Source: an uncultured Planctomycetota bacterium (GTDB lineage Bacteria > Planctomycetota > J058). Taken from it: 59,460 nt of DNA. The position numbers and the translations under genes are program-made. Below the pieces are notes generated by a model. The model searched no databases. It was not told the origin of the DNA and was given only the letters and a program-made list of their open reading frames with translations. The stretch is taken from assembly GCA_964569055.1 (NCBI GenBank), contig CAZMSZ010000001.1, forward strand, positions 1 to 59,460, read 5' to 3'. Each line of letters starts with the position of its first letter. Positions within the stretch are counted from its first letter, which is position 1. Shown piece after piece: positions 15,992 to 25,541 of this stretch.

Positions 15992-16294
15992 GTGTTCGAT
16001 CGCTCCAGCCGCTACGCGGGGCTCCCCCGCCTCCGCTTCGAGAACGCCGAGGGCCAGCAGATCGCCTACGTCGGACGGCGCCTGCTCCCCATCCCGCGGC
16101 GCAGCGACATCGCCTCGGTGGTGACCGTGGAGCCGGGGGAGCGCCTGGACGCGGTGGCGAGTCGCTCGCTCGGGGTCGCGACCCTCGCCTGGCGGCTCGC
16201 CGACTACAACCCCACGCTGGATCCGCTGGCGCTGTGCACCCCAGGGGAGAAGCTCGACGTGCCGACACCCTTCGCGGGCGGGAACGCGCCGTGA
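15992..16294 (+). CDS. LysM-like small protein (Afp7 C-terminal-like)
   Basis: GTG at 15992, 100 aa. The segment VTVEPGERLDAVASRSLGVATLAWRLADYNP resembles a LysM fold. It is a separate ORF from the tube-initiator-like gene. Confidence 0.5.
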   Translation: MFDRSSRYAGLPRLRFENAEGQQIAYVGRRLLPIPRRSDIASVVTVEPGERLDAVASRSLGVATLAWRLADYNPTLDPLALCTPGEKLDVPTPFAGGNAP

Positions 16295-17520
16295 AGGCGC
16301 AGATCGAGGTCCTGCTGGGGCGCGTGGTCCCGACGCCGATCTCGGCGGCGATGGTGCAGGCCATCGAGAGCATCGAGGTGCGGCAGGTCCTCGAGGGGCG
16401 CGCCACGTTCCAGCTCGTGTTTCGCGTGGAGCGCGCCGCCGGCGCGGCGGACTTCGACGTGCTGTCCGGGATCCAGGGCCGCGTCATGCCCTCGGTCCGC
16501 ACGATCATCAGCGCGGCGATCGGCGGGAGCAAGGACGTCCTCATGGACGGCTACATCACCAGCGTCGAGGTCACTCCCTCCGACGGCGCGCGGCCCGCGC
16601 TGGTGACCGCCACCGGGGAGGACGTCAGCGTGCGCATGGACCTCGTCGAGCACTCGACCGAGTGGCCGTGCATGACCGACTACGTGATCGCGAACGCGAT
16701 CATCCTGAGCAACGCCGACCTGGCGCTGATCCCGCTGGTCGTCCCCGCGCCGGGCGGCACGCTCGTCCCGCCCAACCCTATCCAGAGCACGCCCTTCCAG
16801 CAGGGAACGGACTATCAGTACCTGCTCTACCTCGCCCAGAAGTACGGCTACACCTTCCGCGTCTACCCGGGCCCGGTGGCGGGCACCAACTACGCCTACT
16901 GGGGCCCGATCGTGCAGACCAGCCCGGTCCGTCAAACGCCGCTCACCGTCGGGACCGGGGTCGAGGCGAACGTGCAAGGGATGGTGTTCAGCTACGATGG
17001 GCTGCAGCCGCACCTCGTGATCGGCGAGGTCTACGACGACCTCCTGGGCGGGCTGCCCCTCGTCACCGTGCCCTCGCCGATCGACCCCTGCTTCTACGCG
17101 GAGCGCCCGCCGATCGTCGTTCAACCGCTCTTCTTTCGCACGACGTACCGGACGTATCCGGCGGGTGGGAGCTACCTCAAGGCGCTGGCGTACGGGATGG
17201 GCGAGGTGCTCGCCTCCCAGATGTCGGTGGCCACGGCCTCCGGGCGACTGGATGTGTTCCGCTACGGCGGGCTGCTCAGGCCGTACGAGGCAGTCGGCGT
17301 CCGCGGGGCGGGCGCCTCGTTCGATGGCTACTACTTCGTGACCGACGTCACGCACCACATCCGGCAAGGGGTGTTCACTCAGGAGTTCCGCCTGGCGCGC
17401 GGGGGCCTGGGCTCGCTCTACTCCAGCGTCGGCCCCGTGTCGGGGCCGGCGGAGGTCCCCGCCTCGGTGTCGAGCGCCATCACAGAGGCCGAGACCGTCG
17501 TGTCCGGCCTCGACTATTGA
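16291..17520 (+). CDS. Baseplate hub protein, phage late-control gpD / gp27 (VgrG N-domain)-like
   Basis: GTG at 16291 (GTGA overlap). The C-terminal YYFVTDVTHHIRQGVFTQEFRLARGG resembles the conserved end of the gpD/VgrG core. It sits directly 5' of the gp5-like spike gene. Confidence 0.65.
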   Translation: MKAQIEVLLGRVVPTPISAAMVQAIESIEVRQVLEGRATFQLVFRVERAAGAADFDVLSGIQGRVMPSVRTIISAAIGGSKDVLMDGYITSVEVTPSDGARPALVTATGEDVSVRMDLVEHSTEWPCMTDYVIANAIILSNADLALIPLVVPAPGGTLVPPNPIQSTPFQQGTDYQYLLYLAQKYGYTFRVYPGPVAGTNYAYWGPIVQTSPVRQTPLTVGTGVEANVQGMVFSYDGLQPHLVIGEVYDDLLGGLPLVTVPSPIDPCFYAERPPIVVQPLFFRTTYRTYPAGGSYLKALAYGMGEVLASQMSVATASGRLDVFRYGGLLRPYEAVGVRGAGASFDGYYFVTDVTHHIRQGVFTQEFRLARGGLGSLYSSVGPVSGPAEVPASVSSAITEAETVVSGLDY

Positions 17521-17531
17521 AGGGAGGGTGC

Positions 17532-18419
17532 GTGGCGACGCAGCAGGGTCCGGCGGGAGGGAGCAGCGGAGGCCCCTACTACGGCAAGTTCCGTGGGCGC
17601 GTGCTCAACAACATCGACCCGCTCGGACTCGGTCGGCTCCAGGTGACGACGGACAGGTTCCCGGGGATGATGCTGAACTGGGCGCAGCCCTGCTTCCCGT
17701 ATGCCGGGCCGTTCGTAGGGTTCTATGCGGTCCCGCCGATCGGGGCCATGGTGTGGGTCGAGTTCGAGGGGGGGGACCTCAACTACCCCATCTGGGTCGG
17801 TTGTTTCTGGGAGCCGGGGCGAGGCCTGCTCGCCGTGATGGCCGCCCCCGAGCTCGCGCCCGACAAGCAGATCATCCACGGGCCCGACGTGAGCCTGACC
17901 CTCGACAGCACGCCGGGGGTGGGCGGGGCGACGCTCCAGGTCGGGCTCGCGACCACCAACCGGCCGCAGTCGATCACGATCAACGTGGCCGGCATGACGC
18001 TCGAGAGCCCGCCAGCCTCGGTCAAGCTCAGCCCCGAGGGGATCGTGGCCGCGGTGGAACCGGGCGGGACGATGCTGATCTCCGAGGCTGAGGTCTCGAC
18101 GAACATCGGCGCAGCGAAGACCACGCTCACGCCCGCCGCGATCCTTCACTCGGTGCCCGAGTGCAAGGTCACGGTCACGGGCGCGGGGATCGGGGCGAGC
18201 GCCCCACCCAATAGCTGGACGCTCACGCCGGAGCTCGCGCAGATGGCCACGCCCGCCACCAGCGTCGGGCTGACCGCCGCGTCGGTGGAGCTCGTCGCGG
18301 AGGACTCCACCGCCAGCATCACGCCAGCCCTGATCGAGTTCGAGCAGGCAGCCGCGTCGGTGAGCCTGGCGGGGGCGGTCGTCAACATCAACGAGGGACT
18401 CGAGGTCCTGCCGGGCTGA
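17532..18419 (+). CDS. Spike protein, gp5 / baseplate-V OB-fold type
   Basis: GTG at 17532 behind GAAGGGAGGG. YYGKFRGRVLNNIDPLGLGRLQV...WAQPCFPYAGP..GFYAVPPIGAMVWVEFEGGDLNYPIWVGCFW is the gp5/gpV OB-fold signature. The C-terminal half is repetitive and beta-rich. Confidence 0.75.
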   Translation: MATQQGPAGGSSGGPYYGKFRGRVLNNIDPLGLGRLQVTTDRFPGMMLNWAQPCFPYAGPFVGFYAVPPIGAMVWVEFEGGDLNYPIWVGCFWEPGRGLLAVMAAPELAPDKQIIHGPDVSLTLDSTPGVGGATLQVGLATTNRPQSITINVAGMTLESPPASVKLSPEGIVAAVEPGGTMLISEAEVSTNIGAAKTTLTPAAILHSVPECKVTVTGAGIGASAPPNSWTLTPELAQMATPATSVGLTAASVELVAEDSTASITPALIEFEQAAASVSLAGAVVNINEGLEVLPG

Positions 18420-18441
18420 TGCGAGCCCCAGCGGAGGAGCG

Positions 18442-18765
18442 ATGGCCGGCGCGATTCTGAGCGAGGACAGCTTCGTCACCTGCGTCCACGGCGGCGTAGC
18501 CGAGCCGGTGGTTCCCGACCCGATGGTGCTCGTGGGCGGGGCCCCGCTGATCGCCCAGGACTCGCCGTACATCGTCTCGGGCTGCTGCTTCCCGCCGCCT
18601 GTCCTGGCGAACGGGCCGTGCGTGTGCGGCGAGTGGGTGCTGGGCGACGTGACGGTCCTGGCGGGCGGGATCCCGGTCCTCGTGCAGGCTGGCGTCGCGG
18701 TGTGCGAGCTGACGGGGACGGGTCTCCTCCCCGAGGTCTGCGACGAGTTGATCCAGACCGAATGA
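18442..18765 (+). CDS. PAAR-like (DUF4280-like) spike tip protein
   Basis: ATG behind GGAGGAG, 107 aa. Conserved Cys and Gly spacing (FVTCVHGG...VSGCCFPPP...GPCVCGEW...AGVAVCE) is typical of PAAR-like cone proteins. It follows the spike gene directly. Confidence 0.6.
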   Translation: MAGAILSEDSFVTCVHGGVAEPVVPDPMVLVGGAPLIAQDSPYIVSGCCFPPPVLANGPCVCGEWVLGDVTVLAGGIPVLVQAGVAVCELTGTGLLPEVCDELIQTE

Positions 18766-19148
18766 CCGAGCGAGGCCGGACCATGAGTGACGGCGGGCTC
18801 CAGCTCGCGTTTCCCTTCCAGCTCGACCCGCAGGGACGAGTGGCGAGCACCGACTACGCGCAGCACGTGGAGCAGTTGATCCTCCAGCTCCTGTTCACCT
18901 CGCCAGGCGAGCGGGTGAACCGGCCCTCGTTCGGGTGTGGGTTGCTGGCGCGCGTGTTCCAGCCCGACGACTCGGCCGTCGCCTCGGCCGTTCAGGTCCA
19001 GATCGTCGCGGCCCTGCATACGTGGCTGAGCGATGTGCTCGAGCCCCGGGCCGTGGAGGTCACGCTCGACGACGCGCGCCTGACGATCGACATCGTGTAC
19101 GTGATCCTGCGTGACGAGAAGACCTATCGGACGCGGGTGGAGCGCTGA
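18762..19148 (+). CDS. Baseplate wedge protein gp25/GPW-like
   Basis: ATG at 18762 overlaps the previous stop (ATGA); an alternative ATG lies at 18783. VEQLILQLLFTSPGERVNRPSFGCGL is the GPW/gp25 motif. Confidence 0.8.
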   Translation: MTERGRTMSDGGLQLAFPFQLDPQGRVASTDYAQHVEQLILQLLFTSPGERVNRPSFGCGLLARVFQPDDSAVASAVQVQIVAALHTWLSDVLEPRAVEVTLDDARLTIDIVYVILRDEKTYRTRVER

Positions 19149-19155
19149 GCCCGCC

Positions 19156-21573
19156 GTGAGCATCACCGAGCGCGCCCAGCCGCCCCACAGCGAGCTCCCG
19201 GCTCGAGCTGAGCGACGCGCGCTGGTCGCCGCCAGCCCCTCGCTCACCGGTTTGGACTACGTCAGCGTCACGCGCGAGGCGACCCGCTGGAAGGTCACGC
19301 TGCACTTCATCCCGCCGGCGCCCTCGGTGGCGGAGAAGGCAGCAGTGCCCTCGGGATTCGGCCCCCGCTCGCTTCAGCTCCGCCCTCGCGGTGGAGGGCG
19401 GACGGGGCTCGTGGTCGAGGAGCTGACACCGCGCGCGCGGGACGGGCGGGTCGAGCTGCGGGTCGCGCCGGCCCAGCGGGATGCGGCCGCGCTCGTCGAG
19501 CGTGAGACGTACGTCGTCTCGCTCGAAGGCGTACCGGGCGTGGACCCTTGGTTCGCGAGCGCCGAGTTCCGCCTAGACGAGCGCGCGCTCACGCCGGCAG
19601 CCCCCGAGGCCGAGCTCCTGCCGCCCTGGTCGCCTGCCGGGCACTACCTGGCCAAGGACTACGACAGCTTCAGGACGCTGCTGCTCGACCAACTGGCCGC
19701 GACCCTGCCCTCGTGGGCGGAGCGCAACCCGTGTGACATCGGAGTGATGCTGGTCGAGGTCCTCGCGTACCTCGGTGACGCGCTCAGCTACCGGCAGGAC
19801 GCGGTGGCGACCGAAGCCTACCTCGCCACCGCGCGGCTCCGGCCCTCGCTCCGGCGGCATGCCCGTCTCCTGGACTACGTCCTGCATGAGGGGTGCAACG
19901 CCCGGACGTGGATCCATTTGGTCCTCGCCGAGGGCGCCAGCGGCCCCGTGAAGGTCCCGGTGGGGACCGAGCTCGTGGCGGGCTCCAGGGCCGCCGCCAG
20001 CCGTGCGTTCCAGCAGGACGGCGCGGGCAGCGGTCCGCCCGTGTTCGCCACGCTGGAGGACGTCGTCCTCCAGCCCGATCAGCGCCTGATGCAGCTCTAC
20101 ACCTGGGGCGAGCAGGTGTTCTCGCTGCCAGCCGGGGCGACGCGCGCGGCGCTGCGGGGGCGACCGAGCGGGCTGCGCGCCGGTGCCGTCGTCTATCTGC
20201 ACTGCAGCGACGCGAGCGCAGCCGGGAGGGGCCAGTTGGTCCGGCTCGTGGCCGACGCCGAGCCCGACGTCGACCCGTTGCTCGAGCAGCCGATCACCTG
20301 GATCCGCTGGTCCAGCGAGGACGCGCTGGGCGCGGCGCTTCCGGTGAGCCAGCGCGTCGACGGCCGCGTGGTCTCCGACCTGACGGTGGTGCGGGGGAAC
20401 AACGTGCTCGTGGACGCCGGGCGCCGTCGACGCGCGGTAGCCACGCTGGGAGACACGACCGGCGAGCTGACCCTGCCGATCAGCGGGCTCGCCTGGGCGC
20501 AGCCATGGCGCGCGGCGCAGCCTGGGGAGTCGCCGGCCGGGAGCCTCGTGCAGGACCCGCGCCGAGCGCTCCCCCAGATCTGGCTGACGGAGGTGCCGCC
20601 CGAGCCTGCGCCTCATCGAGGCGACCTCCGGCCGCTCCCCGCTCGCTGGGTGCCTCGACTGGACCTGCTGGAGAGTGACCGGGAGGCGCGCCACTTCGTG
20701 GCTGAGCGCGAGGGGACGGCTCAGGTGCGGCTGCGCTTCGGTGACGGCGTCTTCGGGCGCCGGCCGGCCCCGGGGACGCGTTTCGAGGTGACCTATCGCA
20801 CCGTCTCCGGGGAGACGGAGCGCGTGGGCGCCGGCCTGGCCCTCAGCCTCCTCGATCCCGTGGCTGCCGGCCTGGAGGTCGGTGCGGTCGCGCTGGCGAT
20901 GACGTTGGTGCCGAGCTCCGCGGCGGCGGCGCCCGAGGACGAGGAGGAAGGACGCCGCTACCCCCCGGCGATGACGCGGGTGCAGCGACGGTGCGTGACA
21001 GCCGCCGATTGGGCTGCGGCCGCGGAGGAGGTGGACGGGGTCCTCCAAGCGCGGGCCGAGCTGCGCTGGACCGGTGCCTGGTCGACCGCGTTCGTCACGG
21101 TCCTGCGGCAGGGGGGGGCCGAGCTGGACGAACCGCTGCGCCGGCGCCTCGCGGCGACGCTGGCCCCTCGCGCCTTGATGGGCGTCGCGTTCACCTTGCG
21201 CGACGCCGAGGTGGTCCCCGTGGAGATCGAGCTCGAGGTCGACGTACGAGCGGAGGACTGGACGCGTGTCCAGGTGGCCCTCCACGCCGCCTTCTCCTCG
21301 GGTGCCCTCCCCACCGGGCTGCCAGCCTTCTTCGCACCCGACGCGTTCGGCTTCGGGCGCCCCCTCTACCTCAGCCAGGTGATCGCCCGCGCCATGGAGG
21401 TGCCCGGAGTCGCCGACGCCCGTGCCATCACGTTCGCTCCGATCGGCGAGTCCTCGGCTCCCTACCTGCAAGCTGGCAAGATCCCGGCTGGCCCGCTCCA
21501 GGTGATCCGGGTGCTCGGCACACCGGGAGCCCCCGAGGACGGCTTCATCACCTTCCGGCGGAGCTCCGCGTGA
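19156..21573 (+). CDS. Baseplate J-like assembly protein (gp6/Afp11-like)
   Basis: GTG at 19156. DYDSFRTLLLDQLAATLPSWAERNPCDIGVMLVEVLAYLGDALSYRQDAVATEAYLATARLRPSLRRHARLLDY matches the baseplate-J-family N-terminal block. Confidence 0.8.
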   Translation: MSITERAQPPHSELPARAERRALVAASPSLTGLDYVSVTREATRWKVTLHFIPPAPSVAEKAAVPSGFGPRSLQLRPRGGGRTGLVVEELTPRARDGRVELRVAPAQRDAAALVERETYVVSLEGVPGVDPWFASAEFRLDERALTPAAPEAELLPPWSPAGHYLAKDYDSFRTLLLDQLAATLPSWAERNPCDIGVMLVEVLAYLGDALSYRQDAVATEAYLATARLRPSLRRHARLLDYVLHEGCNARTWIHLVLAEGASGPVKVPVGTELVAGSRAAASRAFQQDGAGSGPPVFATLEDVVLQPDQRLMQLYTWGEQVFSLPAGATRAALRGRPSGLRAGAVVYLHCSDASAAGRGQLVRLVADAEPDVDPLLEQPITWIRWSSEDALGAALPVSQRVDGRVVSDLTVVRGNNVLVDAGRRRRAVATLGDTTGELTLPISGLAWAQPWRAAQPGESPAGSLVQDPRRALPQIWLTEVPPEPAPHRGDLRPLPARWVPRLDLLESDREARHFVAEREGTAQVRLRFGDGVFGRRPAPGTRFEVTYRTVSGETERVGAGLALSLLDPVAAGLEVGAVALAMTLVPSSAAAAPEDEEEGRRYPPAMTRVQRRCVTAADWAAAAEEVDGVLQARAELRWTGAWSTAFVTVLRQGGAELDEPLRRRLAATLAPRALMGVAFTLRDAEVVPVEIELEVDVRAEDWTRVQVALHAAFSSGALPTGLPAFFAPDAFGFGRPLYLSQVIARAMEVPGVADARAITFAPIGESSAPYLQAGKIPAGPLQVIRVLGTPGAPEDGFITFRRSSA

Positions 21574-24500
21574 GCGCCGATCAGCCCACCCCCTCGTTCC
21601 CGCCGGGGCAGCCCGCCTTGAGGCATTCGCTCGGCAACTACGAGAGCTTCTTGGCCGAGCTGCTGACCGCGACGCCGCTCGCTCAGTTGCCCGACGGCCC
21701 ATTCGCCGGCACGCGCCCGCTGGCGAGCATGGACCTCAGCGCGGGCGCCGGCTTCGGGCGGGCCTACCTCGAAGCCTGGGCCCGCGTGAGTGACGTGCTG
21801 TCCTTCTATCAAGAGCGCCTGATGAACGAGGGCTACCTGCGGACGGCCGTCCAGGCGTCCTCCGTCCGGCTGTTGCTCGCGTCGCTCGACTACGCGCCCT
21901 TCCCTGCGGTCTCGTCCGAGGTGCTCCTGGCGTTCACCGTCGTCGATCCGAGCGACGGCTCGCCCGTGACGATCCCGCCAGGAACCGCCGTGCAGAGCGT
22001 CCCCAGCGGGGCAGCGGGCCTGCCGCTCACGTTCGAGACCAGCGAGCCCGTCCGGGCGCGGGCCGCGTGGAACGCGCTCGCGGCCTACGTCCCGCCGCCC
22101 GGCCAGCCGCCCTACGTCCCCGTGCCGCCTCCTCCCGCGCCGTCCGGGCCAGCGGGACAGGTCGTGCTGCAGGGCGTGAACCTCGGCCTCAAGCGGGGAG
22201 ACCGGCTGCTGATCCGCAGCGGGGCACTCCCCGACGCGTGGTTCCTGGCCCAGATCGCGGCCGTCGACGCGCGGCCCAAACAATCGCTCACCAGGTTGAC
22301 CTGGACGGTGGAGGCGGGCTCGGTCGGCCCCGGCGAGAAGCTGTCCCAGCCGGAGGCCTACGCGCTCCGCGCTACGACCGGCCTGTTCGGGGCGACGGCG
22401 ACCGACTGGACCCGCCTGTCGCTGGACGCCAAGCTGCAGGCGGGGGCCACGCCCAAGGGCGGTGCCAGGCGGGCGACCGCCGGCGTCGGCGAGATCCCAT
22501 GGCGACCGCGCAAGCCGGACGAGGACTGGACCTCGGCCCAGCGAGGGCTGTCGACCAACGCGTGCTTCGCCTGCGGTGTCGGCGCCGCCGTGTTCGTCGG
22601 CAGTCTCGACCGCGGCCTGTTCGTGTCCCGAGACGGCGCGCGCACCTGGAGCAGCGCTGGGGTGGGGATCGGCAACAAGCCCGTCCTGTGTCTGGCGCAC
22701 CATCCCGAGGTGGGGCTGGTCGTCGGGTCCACGGCTGGCGGTGTGTTCCGCTCCACGGACGGCGCGAGCACTTGGCAGCGCATCAGCGGAGGCAGCGTCC
22801 AGCTCAAGGAGATCCCCGGCCGAGCCACCAAGGCGCCTCCCGGGAGCGCGACCGGCGCCCCCTCGTCCTCTCCGACACCCTCCTATCGGGCCCAGATCAC
22901 CCGCCTTCCCCTGAGCGCCGTGCGCTCGCTCGCGATCGTCGACACCCCGCTCGACCCGAATGGGGGCCGGGTCCCGACGCTGTGGGCGGGCACGGACGCG
23001 GGGGTCTACGTCAGCGAGGACCTCGGCGCCACCTGGGCCCCCATGAGCGACGGGCTCCCGACGGCCGGCAGCGGCGGGTCTTCGCCGACCGACGACACGC
23101 GGACCGCGAGCGTCAGCGTGAAGGCGTTCGCGCTGCAGCCGGTGGAGTTGGGCGGGCTCCGGCTGTTCGCGGGCACCTCGGGCGGGCTCTACTCGTGCGC
23201 GGTGCCAAACCTGCACGCGCGGCCGCAGTGGGCGCCCGCCGGTCCGCCGGGCCTCGCCGTGAACGCGCTGCTGTGCACCGGCGACGGCACGGTCCTGGCG
23301 GGGACGAGCGGCGGGATCTGGGTCTATCCGCCGACGGCCGACGCGCCGACCGGGACCCCCCGGCTGGTCGGCCGCGCGGTGCGGGCGCTCGCTTCGATCG
23401 ACATCGCCCAGGACGGCGAGGACGAGGCGTCGCCGCGGATCGAGCGGGTGTTCGCCGCCACCGATGTCGGGCTCTACTACTCCGACGAGCTCGATCGTGA
23501 CCCGTGGCATGCGATCCCGGTGCCTCACACCACGGAGCTCGTGGCGGTCGCGACCGCCAGCCCCGACGTCCTGCTGTGCGCGGGGCCGCTGGAAGGTGTG
23601 ATCGAGTCGGAGTGGCCGGGGTTCCACATCCCCGAGCCCGTGTCCGGGCAGGCGACGATCGACCTCGACCGCGTGGTCACCACGGTCCAGCCGTACGGCT
23701 GGGCCGTGCTGTTGCCCGGTACGCCGCCCCCGCCTCCGGGGATCACCGCGACCGTGCCACCGCGGCCCGCGCCCAAGCTCGTGACGCCCCCGTCCGCGAA
23801 CTCGTACTCCGTCGCGCAGACGACGACCGCCGCTCCGATGCGGTTCGGACTGCTCGGGAGCGTCACGCGCCTGACGGTCACCGGCTCGACAGACGCGCTG
23901 GGTGATCTGCACCTCTACGACCTGCGCTCGACGCTGGCGCTGGTGGCGAGCGAACGGCTGTCGCTGAGCTCGACCACGCTCGCCTTGTCCGCCGCGTCCG
24001 CGAGCAGAGCCGGGCCGACGTCGCCGTTCTGCGCGACATTCGGGGCGTCGGCGCTGGTGTTCGGTGACACGCTCGACCTCGTGGCGGGGGCCGCTGGGCT
24101 CGAGGCGGGCCGGACCCTGCTGGTCGGCGGTCGGCCCATCCGGCTCCTGGTAGACGGGTCTTGGGCGAACGTGACCGGCGCGCGCGTGCTCGCCTCGGGG
24201 GTGACGGTGGTGGTGTGCGAGGGCGACGGAGGTCGACTCACCTCCCAGCGAGACGTCGAGCCGGACGCTGTCTTCGCGGCCCAGGACCCGTCCGGCCCGC
24301 TGACGTACGAGGCCGTGAGCGTGGCTGGGCTCGAGTTGCTGGCCGACCGCGTCCGCGTGAGGCTCGCGCCGCCGGGGCTGATGGGGGTCTACGATGCGGC
24401 GAGCGTGGTGGCCTACGGGAACGTGGCGCTGGCGAGCGAGGGTCAGACGCACCCCACGTCGAACGCTGGCAACCAGCTTCCGGGCTCGGGGGAGGTGCTC

Positions 24501-25541
24501 GGAAGCGGCGACCGCTCCAAGCGGTTCCAGCAGTTCGCGCCCGCCTTCCAGCCCCTCAGCTACGTGCGCGACCCCGTGACGGGTGAGATCGGCCCCGCGC
24601 TCCGCGTCCGCGTGGACGACGTGGAGTGGTCCGAGACGCCGGCCTTGCCGCTGGCGGGACCGGACGACCGGGTCTATGCGGTGCGCCCGGGTGCGTCGAG
24701 CATCACGATCGAGTTCGGGGACGGGCGACACGGCGCGCGCCTCCCGAGCGGAGTGAACAACGTCACCGCCACCTACCGCGCCGGTTCGGGCGCGGCCGGG
24801 AACGCGCCTGCTGGTGCGATCAAGATCCTGCCCGGCGCGGGGGTCACGCTCTCGCAGGTCGTCAACCCGCTCCCAGCCCAAGGCGGCGTCGACCCGCAGC
24901 CTCTCGCCGTCGCCCGCTCCGCAGGCCCGATTCGTTCGCGCCCGCTCGGGCGCGTGGTCTCGATCGCCGACCTGGTCGACTTCGTGCAGACCTACCCGGG
25001 GGTGGGGAAGGCCGCGACCTTCGAGGTCGCGACGCCCCGCGGCAAGCTGCGCGTGCTGACCATCGCCGGCGACGACCAGCGCCCCCTCCCGCCAGGCGCG
25101 CCGCTTCGCGAGCTGATGACCCGGGCGATCGCCGCGGCCAGCGCTCCCGACTCGGACCTGGCGCAGGGCGTCCAGCTCGCCACCTACACGCCGCGCACGT
25201 TCGTGGTCGGCGCGCGGCTGACCCTCGCGCCGGGCGCGGCCGAGCAGCCCACGCTCGCCTCCGCCGCCCAGGCGCTGCGAGCGCGCTTCTCGTTCGAGCG
25301 GCGCCAGTTCGCCCAGCCGGTGACGGCCGCCGAGGTCGTGACGGCCCTGCAGGAGGTGCGGGGCGTGGTGGCCGTGCGGCTGACCGCGCTGGCCCTCACC
25401 CGGGTCCTCTCGGGGGAGCAGCCGGCCTCGGTCCTGCCGGCGGCAGCCCCGAGCTGGACGGAGGGCGCGCTCAGGTCGGCGGAGCTCCTGCTGCTCGGAC
25501 CGGACGAGGCGAGCGTGCGGCTCGTGGCAGGTGCGGTGTGA
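21570..25541 (+). CDS. Large baseplate protein (baseplate-J-like, gp7/Afp12 position) with an inserted Asp-box/BNR-like beta-propeller
   Basis: GTG at 21570 (GTGA overlap). The N-terminal block is NYESFLAELL...YLEAWARVSDVLSFYQERLMNEGYLRTA. The C-terminal block is GNVALASEGQT...LGSGDRSKRFQQF...VRVDDVEWSE...DRVYAV...FGDGRHGARLPSG..NVTATYRAGSGAAGN. The middle carries repeats such as FVSRDGARTW, FRSTDGASTW and YVSEDLGATW. Confidence 0.8.
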   Translation: MSADQPTPSFPPGQPALRHSLGNYESFLAELLTATPLAQLPDGPFAGTRPLASMDLSAGAGFGRAYLEAWARVSDVLSFYQERLMNEGYLRTAVQASSVRLLLASLDYAPFPAVSSEVLLAFTVVDPSDGSPVTIPPGTAVQSVPSGAAGLPLTFETSEPVRARAAWNALAAYVPPPGQPPYVPVPPPPAPSGPAGQVVLQGVNLGLKRGDRLLIRSGALPDAWFLAQIAAVDARPKQSLTRLTWTVEAGSVGPGEKLSQPEAYALRATTGLFGATATDWTRLSLDAKLQAGATPKGGARRATAGVGEIPWRPRKPDEDWTSAQRGLSTNACFACGVGAAVFVGSLDRGLFVSRDGARTWSSAGVGIGNKPVLCLAHHPEVGLVVGSTAGGVFRSTDGASTWQRISGGSVQLKEIPGRATKAPPGSATGAPSSSPTPSYRAQITRLPLSAVRSLAIVDTPLDPNGGRVPTLWAGTDAGVYVSEDLGATWAPMSDGLPTAGSGGSSPTDDTRTASVSVKAFALQPVELGGLRLFAGTSGGLYSCAVPNLHARPQWAPAGPPGLAVNALLCTGDGTVLAGTSGGIWVYPPTADAPTGTPRLVGRAVRALASIDIAQDGEDEASPRIERVFAATDVGLYYSDELDRDPWHAIPVPHTTELVAVATASPDVLLCAGPLEGVIESEWPGFHIPEPVSGQATIDLDRVVTTVQPYGWAVLLPGTPPPPPGITATVPPRPAPKLVTPPSANSYSVAQTTTAAPMRFGLLGSVTRLTVTGSTDALGDLHLYDLRSTLALVASERLSLSSTTLALSAASASRAGPTSPFCATFGASALVFGDTLDLVAGAAGLEAGRTLLVGGRPIRLLVDGSWANVTGARVLASGVTVVVCEGDGGRLTSQRDVEPDAVFAAQDPSGPLTYEAVSVAGLELLADRVRVRLAPPGLMGVYDAASVVAYGNVALASEGQTHPTSNAGNQLPGSGEVLGSGDRSKRFQQFAPAFQPLSYVRDPVTGEIGPALRVRVDDVEWSETPALPLAGPDDRVYAVRPGASSITIEFGDGRHGARLPSGVNNVTATYRAGSGAAGNAPAGAIKILPGAGVTLSQVVNPLPAQGGVDPQPLAVARSAGPIRSRPLGRVVSIADLVDFVQTYPGVGKAATFEVATPRGKLRVLTIAGDDQRPLPPGAPLRELMTRAIAAASAPDSDLAQGVQLATYTPRTFVVGARLTLAPGAAEQPTLASAAQALRARFSFERRQFAQPVTAAEVVTALQEVRGVVAVRLTALALTRVLSGEQPASVLPAAAPSWTEGALRSAELLLLGPDEASVRLVAGAV

